This document shows positions 1 through 13,460 of a DNA stretch of 64,000 bases, piece after piece. The notes beneath the pieces were generated by a model. It made no database searches, was not told where the DNA came from, and was given only the letters and a program-made list of their open reading frames with translations. The DNA lies in the NCBI RefSeq assembly GCF_964204865.1, contig NC_135259.1, positions 5,208,001-5,272,000 of the forward strand, written 5' to 3'. The position numbers and the translations under genes were made by a program. The stretch's first letter is position 1, and each line of letters starts with the position of its first letter. This DNA comes from Styela clava. Its lineage: Eukaryota.

Positions 1-62
1 CCGGAATCGAATCTACTCGATTCCACGAAGATTCGATTCCGGAGTCGATTCCGCCATCCCTA
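1..62. mobile_element. End of hAT-like MITE (terminus ...CCGCCATCCCTA), truncated by window edge
   Basis: Reverse complement reads TAGGGATGGCGGAATCGA, an hAT-type terminus, with repeated subterminal TCGATTCC motifs. The other end and TSD are outside the window. Confidence 0.5.
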
Positions 63-866
63 GTTGTGTAACATCAGACCAACGGGCAGTGTATACCAAT
101 AAAACTAGGGTAAACTAGCGTAGTGAAACGCACAAACAGATCATTTTAGCAACGAAATGATAATTGCTTGTCGCTGCAGTAGTGAAATTTTAACACTCGA
201 GATATTGGAAAATAAATAGCAGTTTTTATCTGCAAGGTATTTTCTGAGCAGACTATGTGTAAACAATGTAAACACAACTGTAGCTATAAAAAGTCGATGT
301 ACATATGCATGTTAACTTTATAAGTGAACCAGTTTAGTTTCAGAAATATGATCTATTCGCATTTCTTTTTTTATTTTTATAGTAAAATATGCGTTATGCG
401 TATTTACCAAAACCTATTTCCTTTGTACGGCAAAACATATTATAGTCATCTTGATGGTTGCTGCATGTGCAACACCTTTGTATTATGCGCATATTAATCC
501 ACCAGCGAAAATGCATAGAGGATGGCTAAGTAGTCGTACCCAACCTCAATGTCGTACCTAACCAAAGCAGTCGTACCTAACCAAATTCAAGCAGCTATTA
601 AAGTAATATCATTACATCAAAATATATCATGACGCTTAAAATATTAAACGTTCATCCAAATATACTAATAAGCAACACGATAATTTTTGTCACGAACTGG
701 CTATGTATAGATTACATCAACATCAACGCCAAATAAAGGTTTAGCTTCGACAAATAGGAATGGAAGTGGAATCGAGTAGATGATGGCTTTTTGATTAAAT
801 ATACGCTATGCCACCCTCCGGCATCAAAAGACCACATTTGAACGACGGCTATTTAAAGGTGGTTTG

Positions 867-2866
867 TTACAAGTTTGCGGAGTATCTAAATTTTCGTCTC
901 GCTGCTTCGATGTACCTTGCGGGTAGAGATGGGTGTAAAAAAATCCATAAGTATAAAATTTCTTTTTTAGAATCACAAGGCTTGTTAGTACGCAGCTGTG
1001 CTACTTCAATTAGTCCAATTTTTCTGGCAAAATTTCTTGAAGTTGGATGATCACAAACACCACACCACATGGGTTGTTTGTAAACTCCTGATAATTGCAA
1101 ACGTCTGCGTGCTGCTTCCATCAGCAGTTGAATTCCTTTATCGGCAAACATGGTGCCGATACCCCCTCCTCTGCATTCATCATCAATAACTAGATAATCG
1201 CCATAAATGATTTTCATTCCAAATTCATCCGCCAAATCATACATTTTACCGACATAAGTCTCCATTTCCCACTCATCGTGTCTAAATTATATTGTTGCAG
1301 ATATTACTACCGATTTTATTGGTCTTTGGAGAAAATAAAAATAATATTGATAAAAAAAATTTTTTTTATATTCTGGAGAGCCATTAGACTGAGCATTCAC
1401 TGCTTACGTTTAAAGAAAATATTAAAAGGAGTGTTTAGTTGTTTTTAATTCCAAGTCTATTTTTGTTATGACATACACAAATATCCAAGAATACAGTGCG
1501 AGCTGATTACATTAACGTCATATGAGACTTTAAAAAAATGTTATCAATCGCGAATTGAAAAATTTCGAGTATGTGTGGCGATAATAAAAGATGAATATAA
1601 TTTCTATTTTTTTTGTTGTTCTCACGTATCCATACTTTTGATGTCTTTTCCATCCTTCTCCATCGATATCAGCAAAACGACTGAAAGCTTTCTTTGCCAA
1701 ATCTTCATCTTCCTCCATTGAGCATGCTGTCGCTCCAACTATTTTGACTTTGTCAGCTTTCCTCGTTTTAATAAGTGCTAGAATTCCCCGCCCGTCTTTA
1801 AATATAGCTGGATATAGATATTCATAATACACAGCAAGAAATTTTCGTCTAATATCCGGATCAGGGTTTGTGTAAATATATAGAGGATCATTTTGAAAAG
1901 CTCGTTGACATATTTTGAAACTTGCCAACCAGTCAGTTTCATTACCATCAGATAATTCAATCCACATGCTAAAAAACAAGATAGCAATGCTTAAATATAT
2001 GCAAAACGAATACTTTACCCAAGTTTCCCTAAAATCACCTCCTGAACAAAGCTGAAACTGTGGAACGGCGACAGTAACTTATCAGTACAGGTACTGGGAC
2101 CCGGTCTGTCCTAGGTTTACCAGGTCCTTTGACGATGATGATTCATACGTCCCAATGGTACTCAACCCTTTTTCTCTCGTGGCCCAATTTTGTTACACAA
2201 ACAATTCTGTGGCCCATTAACTTATTCATGTAAGGGAAAAACTACAAGAAAAACAAAACATTTCTCTTTGTAAAGATAGACACTTCCACTTTAATAATTA
2301 AAATGAGAATTACCACTCTGTAGAAAAAACCGCATTATCGTTCAGTGCCACCACCTTATCTAAAACCTTCCGACTATCGCTGAGCAGGAGATCCCCTAAT
2401 TCCCTAATTGCGATCACGGAACCGCAACAAGGTGGCAATTTTTGAATTTGATGATGTAATAACACAAAATTTTAAAGTGTTAAAACGAATCCCAAGCCTT
2501 CTAACGACAACAACAATCCTTAACCACTGGAATTTAACGAGAAAAAAAAAAATACTAATCAAGGATACTAACAACAACAATTTAACAAAACACGATCCAT
2601 AGGTCCACTTGATGTACAACGAATATGTCGCTCAAATATTTAAAATAAGGCATGAAAAATCATGTTTTTCAGATCAAATCCATTCTGCATTGTCACTTTA
2701 TATAACATTGCGCCTTTCACACTTTTCAATGTATAATTAATTAAGACAAGTTCGGTTTATCCCGTGGTCACAAAAATGCTAAATAAACATTTCCGACAAT
2801 GCTACACAAATAAATACTTACTTTACTGATTGATACTTACCTTTCTGTATCTTTTGAGGACGTCAT
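867..2866 (-). CDS. GNAT-family N-acyltransferase type A, 257 aa; exons 2866-2841, 1968-1636, 1281-867
   Basis: Spliced read MTSSKDTES|MWIELSDG...FKICQRAFQNDP...RHQK|HDEWEMETY...VIDDECRGGGIGT...CDHPTSRNFARKIGLIEV...RRKFRYSANL*. GT-AG introns, both phase 2, total 774 nt. Contains acetyl-CoA-binding motif A (R-x-x-G-x-G). Confidence 0.85.
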
Positions 2867-3560
2867 TTCAAATATTTTCGTTAGTAGTAGCTGATCAGTT
2901 GTAAAGACGCGTAAATATGAGTACTCGTTACACAATATCCGTGTGCGACAAAGTTGCAAGGCGTACAATTGTTTAGAGACCGACTGCAGTACGCGACTGG
3001 CAAAAACGTTTTATTGAGTTCAGATTTGGATATTGATATATGAAGCATTTCCGTTACGTAAGGTCTGAACAAAAACAGAAAATTCCAATGGATTTTTAAT
3101 ATTATTCCAACACTGACACCACCATTTTATCCCGTTCGTTAGCTTATGTAGGAAAAGACGGAAATAATATGTGTCCGTATAAAGTTTCAAGACAAATGAT
3201 TTGAATGACTTTTGCTAACGTGTAGCATAGTCCGGGTGATTAGATTAAATACAGAAAATCACAGCTAAGGTGCCCGAGTTCGAGTTGCTGTGTAACTGCC
3301 ACGCACCGCAACATGTCGTTGCGTGTCAACTTAAGAAAAGAAATCAAATATATTTTGAATAGTTTACTTTATGTCAATCAAAATTCCCTTGCATAATTCT
3401 AATTGTTGTATAAATCAAAAAATTATATAATCAGCGCTTTTGTCAACTGAAAACTGATTTCGCTTAAGGCTTGATTTTGTGTGACCATGTATTAAAAACA
3501 TTTTTCTGTATTGTATTGTATTGATGGGGATGTTCGGCAGTTACCAAGATGTACAGCGGG

Positions 3561-5639
3561 CAGGGGTGGCCATTTCCGAATACTAAACTATTCCGAATAC
3601 ATTCTAAAATAATGTTTTCGAATCTGGAATTCCGAATACATTCTAAAATCGAAAATAACACATTTTTGGTTAGTTTATTAAAACCCAGTGAATTAGGAAA
3701 TAAGCTTCAATAAAAATATCAGAATAAAGCCACAAACCAACAATATATGTACACAATGTAATTGATAGCTATCAATAAAGAATAATAGCAACTTGTGACA
3801 CAGTCAATTTATTAAAATTATTCACTTTGTACAAATGACCATATGAAATGATAGCCTAAGAGTTGTCTGACGCTTTCTATCATTTACGATAATAGTCAAG
3901 TCTATTGACAAAAATACTACTTGTATTCAGATAATTGTGTATATTTTCTGAGAGTAATAAAATTTATTGTCAATACAGGCAACTGAAACAAGCAACAACA
4001 ATCGAAAATCCATTATGCCTTTAAAAATTCTAATATTTAAGCATAGAGTATTCTATTACCTACCAGTATATTTGTATATTAATTTATGTGAACCATATTG
4101 TTATTATGTGTAACATATTGTTGTGTTTGAAATTAGAAATAAATTAGTAGAGGATAGATGACCACCACTGCCAGCCGCGCAGCCAGGATTTTCGAAATCG
4201 GAAATTCCCATTGCCGCCTGTAACACCCACCGCGATTCCGCGATCGTTAAAAGAGCCGCCTTTTCAGCGTATAATGATCATCCTGTTACGTAAAATATTC
4301 AATCCGTGACAACTACGAGATTCTAAAATATCTTTATATATTAATTTAATGTGTCCAACGTAACTCGCGGTTTCTTCTTCTTACGTCAAAAAAAAACAAA
4401 CATTACTATTCGGTCCACGGCGATCTGTGACCTAAAAGTACGAGATAAACTGCCTGATGTATTTAATTTTAATACGTTTTTTTTGCAATCTTGCCAAGAT
4501 GCCAACCCGTTATCGCCGTTAGAAAAATCTCAAATAATGATATAAAATCCTGTTAAGTGTAGAGTATAATTCATTTCATACATTGAATATACATATAAAG
4601 TTTAGCAGTAAATTAAAAATACATATTCATCGCCGCGATTATGCCACCTGTTAAGAGAGCCGACTTTTACAACAAATAATATAACAACGAATACAACGAG
4701 CTGTGCAAAGTGATGAATTCGTGACCGATACGGGCATATTTAAAATGTCTTGCTTTATTAATTTAATTGTCTTCAATTTAACCCGCGGTTGCGTCGACAA
4801 AATAAAATCCTCACCACTCTCATATTATCATATACCATTGCAATCCGCGGTCATAAGAATAAAAACGCGTGGTAAACTGCCCGATTAAATAATGTTTCGA
4901 TCCGTATTTTGCGAATTCGGCAAATATTTAGATTTTATAAAATATTTAGCTCAATCGAAATGCTGCCACTCTGATTATTTTTAGATAAAACCGTTTGAAA
5001 AATCCATAAATCTTCTATAACATCTCAGAGTGAAATTTATTTCATCAAAATAAAATTGATTGAATATACTTTGAAAATATTCGACGGCAATTTAAAAGTA
5101 ATGAATAATCAGGCAAATCCCGCCCTCAATTCGTGACGATATGTTTCTAAACGCCGACCAAACATAATGTGTGCCAGAGGCACACGGAATTCTGCGATTT
5201 TCACTGCCTAGAAATGCGTTTTTTAAATTTTCGCGGGCCTCAATGAAACTTATATTGTCCACGGTTTTATTTTCAGTATTTTAAATTGCCGCTTTTCAAT
5301 CAAAAAGTTGCGTTGTCTTTAGAAACTCGCCGCAATTCCGTGCGCAAAAATAAAATAATTGTCATCGTTATCGTGGAACAAATTTGTGAAAAATTTTCGT
5401 TTTAGAGAAATAACACAAACGTAAAGGCATTTACGGCCTAAATAACACGTTACGCTGATGAGTGATGAAAACAATCACGCGCAAGTTTCTATCGAGAATG
5501 CTTTCATTCAACGGGAACGTCTTGAGAGCGGCGTCGAAAATGTGTGACGTCACACAAATATCCGATATTCTTATGAACGCTAATTCCGATATTCGAATAA
5601 CGAGATATTCGAATACTTTATTCGAATTGGCCATCCCTG
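3561..5639. mobile_element. Non-autonomous hAT DNA transposon (~2.08 kb)
   Basis: Imperfect TIRs CAGGGGTGGCCATTTCCGAATA ... TATTCGAATTGGCCATCCCTG. Perfect 8-bp TSD ACAGCGGG (3553-3560 and 5640-5647). Subterminal TTC(C)GAAT repeats. The paralogous sequence near 12600-12650 lacks the insert. No transposase ORF. Confidence 0.85.
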
Positions 5640-6419
5640 ACAGCGGGCAGTGAATGTGAACATTTTTAAAGTACTGGACTAAACTATACTAAGCAACAAG
5701 CCATGTTTTACCTATTTTGATTGTTTCAGAGACAGTGACATTATTTATTGAACAATCGTGTATATAGAGATAAAATACACACACTTAAGATGAAATGCTG
5801 CGATTATGGCATTGATTTTCAAATCAAAGCTATTTTAAGTGACCCTCGCATTTTCCTTTAACTGTACTTGATTTTTTAAAGTCCACCAAAAGAGTACTCA
5901 CAATATTATATTAAATATTCCAGTTGACATTCAACTGCGGCAAACTTACCTACCTCGCTGGAGCATAACAATATGTATGTACAGCGGGTGCTTGTGGTAG
6001 CATTTCAGATTCTGGTCATTTTGTGACATAAACTTCCAAAACGTTGCATAGCTGTATCACTGTTGTTGGCTGCTAAAAGGTACATTCGTTCCATTCATTT
6101 TAACACTAAAGTTGTTTCCAAGTTTGATAGGCAAAAAATATGACTGCATGCTAGTTTACTGTCTGCCAGAATACTGTTCTACAGTGTTGAATATTTGCTG
6201 GCACAATTTATTGCAAAATTACTAAACTAGGTAAGTTTCTTAGCTTGCCTAACGTTTCCAAAATTAACTACCAATACCTTTGGACAACCACCAGGTTCAA
6301 AAATACAGTTTAGAAAATGGAGAAATGCAAATGAATTTATATACATTTTTAGCATAAAGATAAGCAGTTCATTTTTTACGAGTTATCATGCATGTGGACG
6401 ATTCCCCGGCCCTTGACCG

Positions 6420-7190
6420 CTGAAAAATAAAGTCGCTAATGACGTTTGCGGTTGCATTTTGTTTACATTTCCGATTGTTTTTGTCAGCGTGACATGTTAT
6501 TTAAGTCGTAAAAATCTTTATTTCGGTGTTTATTTTCCCTAAATCGAAAATTTCCTTCGACATAAGTTTTGTGCCGCGAAGACGATGATAATAACTTTTT
6601 TCGTTCTCACATGGAACCATGACACCTGTGAGGAAAATGAGTTAGTTTTAATCATATATTCATCAGCAACGAGATGCTAAATATAGAATAAAAAAGTGAA
6701 TCCGCAACCAATTCTTGATTGAAAAGGCGGCATTTTAAAATACTGAAAATAAAACGAAAGCATCAGAAGTTTTGTTTTGGAATCGATCGCGACAGATTAA
6801 AAACACTTTCTTAGACATTGCAAATCATGAATTCCTTGTGCCTACCCCCTGTAGTGTTCTAAAACTCGCGACTTGAAATAAAGTTTACTCCTGGGATTTT
6901 ATCGCAGACTTAGGAATTTTTCTAACAGTAATATCTTAAAAATAATAGAGTGTGCAACATTGCAACGGAGCGGAGTAAGAGTTGCAGGGACTGCTCATAT
7001 TGGTATAGTTTGCAAGAATACGAATCAAAACAAAATGTAATCGGGCACTTTGCCACACATTTTTCTGCCCGCGGATTGCCGTGGTATTTTGTTGTAGTGG
7101 TTTCAAATCACAGATTTAATTCATCACAATTAAATAAATAAAACAACCATTTTAAATATCTGTATCGGTCATGGGTTGAATATTTTATTC
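6420..7190 (-). repeat. Diverged inverted copy of the internal part (~4700-5560) of the hAT element
   Basis: For example, 6485-6560 (CAGCGTGACATGTTATTTAAGTCGTAAA...TAAATCGAAAATTT) is the reverse complement of ~5390-5460. Related pieces occur at ~8150-8310 and ~9980-10170. Confidence 0.55.
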
Positions 7191-7197
7191 AACAGAA

Positions 7198-7304
7198 AGT
7201 GATTTTAAAGAAGAAATTTCGAACTTTTTTTCCTACACCCATCTCTACCTGCAAGGTATATTGAGGCAGCAAAGCGAAAATTTAGATGCCCTGCACATTT
7301 GTAA
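7198..7304 (+). pseudogene. 3' fragment of A-type GNAT gene (…FLHPSLPARYIEAAKRKFRCPAHL*)
   Basis: Near-identical to the type A C-terminus (FLHPSLPARYIEAARRKFRYSANL). Frameshifted at ~7228, and no upstream coding exons found. Confidence 0.8.
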
Positions 7305-7689
7305 CAATCCGATGTACTTGAAGACCTGTTAATTCAAGTCTGTAGACAGAATAACTATACTTCCGTCTGATACTTCCGTTGGCAGTACTGGACATCAAGT
7401 CATTGGACTGGATCCGGTAATGTCATTCTGACTCGTGAAAGTAAAAAAAAAAAAAAAAGTGAATTGGCTTTTGTAAGTTGACCATCAATGGTTCAGTTTA
7501 TATATATGTGAGTAAACCGGTAGAGCAATGACCACATTTAGATATCATCAGTCAAGATATCTGGAAGCATAGTCCGTTTAAAATAGTTTCGACAGACATA
7601 GCGCTAATTTTGTTGTAAAAATAAAGAGGGAATTCGAACGATATAAATAATATAGCGTAAGTGATTTACCTAGTTAATATGAATAAGTA

Positions 7690-8120
7690 CATCAACCATG
7701 TTGTATTTATGTTGTTTACACATAGAATGTTCAAAGAATAGTTTGCAGATAAAAACGGATATTCGTTTTCAAATGACCGGAGTGTTGAAATGTCGCTACT
7801 GCTGTAACAAAGCAATGCTTACTTTTGCAGCATTGTCTAAATACGACTGAATTGCATGCAAAATGGATAAATATAACGGACAGTGATAATTCGTCTATAT
7901 TTAATGTTGAGAACAAAATGCTATTTGATAAACACATGACAGCAATACCGTGATTTCGTGATATGTAGAGGGAGGAACAGATCCTCGTGTTGTTAGAAAG
8001 TGAGCAATAACCAGCAGAGTTTGTGTGACGTTGCTAATATAAAATTTTAATCGGCAAAATCGGCTTATAGCCCAGGTATACAGTATTCAAGAAACATATC
8101 TGAAGCCAGGTACAGGGCCA
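7690..8120. repeat. Duplicated segment, also at ~9270-9710; part is an inverted copy of ~170-300
   Basis: Shared strings such as TACTTTTGCAGCATTGTCTAAATACGACTGA and ACATGACAGCAATACCGTGATTTCGTGATATGTA occur in both copies. Confidence 0.7.
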
Positions 8121-9040
8121 CCAAAGCGAAGGTTTATTGGAGTATTTTGTGATAGTGCTTTTATTTTACCATAAGTCGACGCAAAGGCGAGTTACGATGA
8201 ACACAATTAAATTAATATGGCAAGACATTTTACATGCATGCATCGGCCATGTATTGAAAATTTTACGCAACAGAAAAAAGTCGGCTGTTTTAAGAGTAGC
8301 ATAATTGCGGCGCCTGTGGGTGGGGCCGTTCCAGGAGAATTTTTTATATCGATTCTTGAAAATACTTGTCCTAAAATGCATGAGTGGCAGTACTCTGTCG
8401 GATATGAATTTGATGCTTTGATAAGTGGCGCAGAAATTTTCAGGCTCTTTTAAATTTTAGTTCAATGCTACTTATAAAAAAGTTGCAAAGACCGACCCAC
8501 TTGACTGGCTAACCCCACCTAAACCACGATGGCTTGACTTACAAATCGATCAGAGGAGTTTCAACCCTTCATTGATGATGCTCACATTTAAAGCCTGAAC
8601 TCACCTTAACACGGAAATCATTTATCCTAAATATAATTATGATCCAATTATTAAAACAATCTCAATACACTGATTACTGATGATGACAAAAGTGAACATC
8701 AAATTCAAGAAACCGTAGGAGCCCAACTCATCTGCATTTACCTGCTGTTGTGATCTATGTAGTAATCACAATTGTAGAGAATATGTAACTTCTCACTGTA
8801 CTATATAACGATACTGTAATAGATGTGAAGTGAACACAAGACATTTTTGATATCGCACACCTTACTTGACTGGTCCCCAAGCGTCGAAATAATTTATCTT
8901 TGAGTTAAAGATTTGACTGCCGCATAAAAACACCTATGATGATCCTATAACGGTCAATTGCTCTGGTATATACAGACTAATATGCAATCTATACGAAATG
9001 AGTCTTTGAACAACGTTTCAATCTTCCGTCAAAGCCTTTT

Positions 9041-9078
9041 ATGGCACACAAAATTGTAAAACGAGAATCTGAATTTAG
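9041..9078 (+). pseudogene. Orphan copy of B-type GNAT exon 1 (MAHKIVKRESEF-) with its upstream flank
   Basis: 8950-9250 closely matches 11067-11350. The ATG and phase-2 donor AG|GTATGG are intact, but its own exon 2 is absent. Confidence 0.7.
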
Positions 9079-11157
9079 GTATGGTTAAATAATCTTCGAG
9101 GATTTTGTACTATACAACTGGTTAGAAAAAAATTTATACATCTTAGTGGAATAATGAATTATTTATATCTATTTTGATTAAATAGGATTATATTTGGCAA
9201 TAAAAACAATGGTATTAATTTAACAGTAAAACTAGCACATGAAGATCAAATTAATGCGAATAAGTATATATACATCAACTATGTTGTTTACACATAGGCT
9301 GCTCAAAGAATAGTTTGCAGATAACTACTAATATTAGTTTTCAAATTATCTTGAGTGTTAAAATGTCGCTTCTGCAGCAACAAAGCAATGTTTACTTTTG
9401 CAGCATTGTCTAAATACGACTGAGTTGCATGCAAAATGGATAAATATAACGGACAGTGAAAATCCGTCTATATTTTAACGTTGAGAGCAAACATGCAAAC
9501 AAAATGATATTTGATAAACACATGACAGCAATACCGTGATTTCGTGATATGTAAAGGGTGGAACAGATCCACGTGATGTTAGAAAGTGAGCAATAACTAG
9601 CAGAGTTTGTGTGACGTTGCTAATATGAATTTTTACTAGGCGAAATCGGCGTATGCAGTTAGCTATTCAATAAACACGTCTGAAGCCAGATATGAGGCCA
9701 TCAAGCGAAGGTATATTGATTGATGTGTGGTTAAGATCGAGTGAGCTCAACCAATCGTTATATCTATTTTGCTACGATGACGTGCGTTTCACTTCACCAT
9801 TTAACGATAGCTTTATTGCTATGTTGGTCTGATGTTCTAAATCTTGAACATCCTGGCTGATTCAATAACATTCCAAAAAATGCAATACAGAAAAACTTAA
9901 TCTGCGAAGTCAGAGCTGCGCTGTGTTAAGTTAGCAAGGGGGGTGTTTGAGGCTATTCTGTGTCTTCAGATAGCCGTAGTATTTCGTAGTAGTGCTTTTA
10001 TTTTACCGCAAGTCGGCGCAAAGGCGAGTTACGATGAACACAATTAAATTATTATGACAAGACATTCTAAATGCGCGTATTGTCCATAGATTGAGTATTT
10101 TAGGCAACAGAAAAAATTATTATCCGTTGAAAAAGTAAGCTGCTGAAGTCGGCATTATTGCGGCGCGATAGAGTGAGACAGATTCGAAAAAGTGAATAAT
10201 TTGCCTTTGGCCGGATTTTTACTTGGTAATATTTGAATGTTGGGTTTGTTTATGGACGCAGTGAACAGTTTAGTGATTACAAAATTACACGATCGTTTTT
10301 TGTTTTTATAACAGTTCTCAAACCCGGTATTTAATGCCTATGTCATATATTTAATGTCAAAGGAATGTCATCGTCAAGAATGCAGAAATTTCAGAACTCA
10401 CTTTCAATTGATTGAAATTAGGCCCATGAAATCAATGAATTTATTTCAGATTTAATAATATAAATTTAAAATATTCAACAAGTATACAAAGTGTTTTTAT
10501 GTTGCCAATGCAGAAAATTTGTTTAAGGGATTTTTTGAAAAAATATCCGAAATATTTTGGTTGAACATTGATTCCAAAAATATTAAATCTCCATTTTCTA
10601 TGTCCCCCCGTTTTTTAAATGATACTGTTGAATCTTTCCTTAGTTTTAAGGACATACTTCGATTAATTTAACAGAATTCCCCATTGTGCCTCAGGGTCTG
10701 TCCGAATGTGCCCCACTCGTGGGATACAGTGGGAGACAAACGTTTTTTTTTCAAAGCATTTTGGCGGTGAGATGTATGTCGCGAGGGAATTTCTTAGTCG
10801 CTGAATAAAAACCACATTTACTCCTCTCCGCATTTGCCCCGCAAAATGAAATGAAAGTACAGAATATAGAACTCAAAATATGCAGAAGAAAAAAAAGTGT
10901 CTCAACCTTCCACACTTTCCCCTACTCAGTTTCTAGCTACCGGAATATTTCATTATTTTCCTAATGAGGAAGATTTCTTATTTAAATGCACATAAAAAGA
11001 TATAGGATAAAATTTTGATGACCCTGTGGATTCTCACAGTCACAACCTGTGATTGTGACCACACTAACGGTCAATTGCTCTGGTATATACAGACTAGTAT
11101 GCAATCTATACAAAATGAGTCTTTAAATCACGCTTTCGTCGTCAATTAACGCCTTGT

Positions 11158-12270
11158 ATGGCACACAAAATTGTAACTCGAGAGTCCGAATTTAGGTATG
11201 GCTAAATAAGCTCTGAGGAATTTGTTCTACAAAACTCGTTAGAAACAATTTATAAATTTCATCGAAAATATGAAATTATTTACATCTATTTTAAATAAAT
11301 GGGATCAGTATTAACTTAATAGTAAACTAGCACATGAAGATCAAATTCAGTTCATGTTTTAGTTTAGTAATTTATCTACCTCAGAATGTGGATTGAATTG
11401 TCTGATGGAAAAGAAAGCGATTGGGATACATCTTTTAAAATATGTCAAAGAGCGTTTCAAAATGATTCGTTCTATATGTATACTCATCCAGATGCGGAAA
11501 TACGACGGAAATTTTTAGCAGTGTACTACAATGACACATATCTTGGACATTTGAAAGAGGGTTATGGATTGTTATCTTTACTTAAAGTGAAAGAAGGCAA
11601 TGAAATAAAAATAATTGGTGCGATAGCTGGTTCATACATTTCAGGAAAAGAACTCAGCAAAGAAGACGATGATCGCTTGTCTCAGATCGATAAGGAAAGT
11701 TGGGAAAGGTATAAAAGGTAAGAACGTTTTTATTTTAAATTATACAATTTGAGGATTTTTTACAATTCTGCAGATTCTTACTCAAAATATTATGTTAGTT
11801 TCTTAGAATAGGATTTTACCTTCCCTAATTCAATAAATATTTCATTCAGGCACGCGGAATGGGAGGAACAATCATACGAAAACGAATTCGGAGAATTGGG
11901 TGAAAAATTAGGGGTTACTGTTATTTATGGAATTTTTCACGCTATTGATGACGGATATAGAGGAAAAGGAATAGGATCAAAATTTTTACTGAAAGCAATG
12001 CAAATGCAAAGTGATGAAGTAATGAGACGCGAAAAATTAGCAGGAATACCTAATTCAAAAATGCCTTTTTCCTACGCTATTTCTGACCATCCAAAATCTA
12101 GAAATTTTTGTAAAAAGATCGGCATGATTGAATTGGCTCAAGTGAGATCTTACCAACCAGCTGATTTATGCAAAGAGCTTTCGTATATGTGGATTTTTGT
12201 TCTTCCATCTTTGCCTTTAAGTTATATCAATGCTGCCAAAAAAATTTTTGTTCTGCCAGCAAACCTGTGA
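11158..12270 (+). CDS. GNAT-family N-acyltransferase type B copy 1, 263 aa; exons 11158-11195, 11385-11717, 11850-12270
   Basis: MAHKIVTRESEFR|MWIELSDG...ERYKR|HAEWEEQ...AIDDGYRGKGIGS...SDHPKSRNFCKKIG...VLPANL*. Canonical phase-2 introns, 792 nt, open frame. Confidence 0.87.
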
Positions 12271-12469
12271 ATGTCTCGATAAATATTACAATGTCCTAAT
12301 GGATTATTCAAAGCGTTGGGACAAAATAAGTGTCTGTGTGTGTGGTATGAAAATATATGGAGCTTTTAGCAATTTGAGTCTTTTGCGCTAGACAATTCAA
12401 AACCGAATCTTGGTGAACTTCACAAAATCAAGTATAGTGAAAGGAAACGACGACAGTCGCTTGAAATAG

Positions 12470-13460
12470 CTCTGATTTGAGAATCAATGCCATAATCGCA
12501 GGATTTCATCTTAAATGTGTGTCTTTCATCTCTATATACACGACAGTTAATTAGAAAATATTCCATTGTCTCCTAAAAAAAAAAAAAAATGAGTAAAAAA
12601 TGGCTTGTTGCTTAGTATGATACATCTTGGTAACTGCCGAACATTCCCATCAGTCAAATACAACAGAGAAAAATGTTTTTAATACCTGGTCACACAAAAT
12701 CAAGCCTTAAACGAAATCAATTTTTTGAGTTGACAAAAGCGCTGAATATATAATATTTTAAATTATACAACAATTAGAAATATGCGAGAGAATTTCGATT
12801 GACATATAGAATACTATTTGAATTATATTTAACTTATTTTCTTAATTTGACACGCCACGGCATGTTGTGATGCATAGCAGACAAACGGCGACTCGAACCA
12901 GGGCACATTAGCAGTGGTTTTTCATATTGAATTCAATCACGCCTGACTATTCCATATGTTAATAAAAGTCATTCAAATCATTTGATTTGAAACTTCATAC
13001 ATTACTTACGCAAACCACGAAGTTTTTTCGTCTTATACTACACAAGCTAACACAGGGGATCAAATAGTGTTGTCGGTGTTGGAATAATTTTAAAAATTCA
13101 TTGGCATTTTCTGTTTTTGTTCAAACCTTGCGTAACGGAAATGCCTCATTTATCAATATCCAAACCTAAACCCAATAAAACGTTTTTTCCAGTCGCGTTC
13201 TGAAGTCGGTCTCTAAACAATTGTACGCGTTGCTACATTTTTTGCACAAGAATATACTGTATCGAGTACTGATATTTACTTGTTTTTACTACTGATCAGT
13301 TACTACTAACGGAGATATTAGGAATGACATCGTCAAAAAATACGAAGAGGTAAAGTAAGTAATTATTTGTGTAGCATTGTCGAAAATATTTATTCAGCAT
13401 TTTTGTAAGCATGGGATAAACCAATCTTGTCTTAATTATACATCGAAAAGTGTGACATAC
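12470..13460 (+). repeat. Inverted copy of gene A upstream region and exon 1 (exon at 13324-13349, MTSSKNTK-); second copy in unit 2 (exon 22465-22490)
   Basis: Reverse complement of ~2700-3555 joined to ~5690-5840 without the hAT insert. ATGACATCGTCAAAAAATACGAAGAG|GTAAAG. Confidence 0.8.

Noticed and set aside
5940-6310. Possible decayed coding exon with splice-like ends
   Set aside because: The frames examined contain stops and show no recognisable homology.
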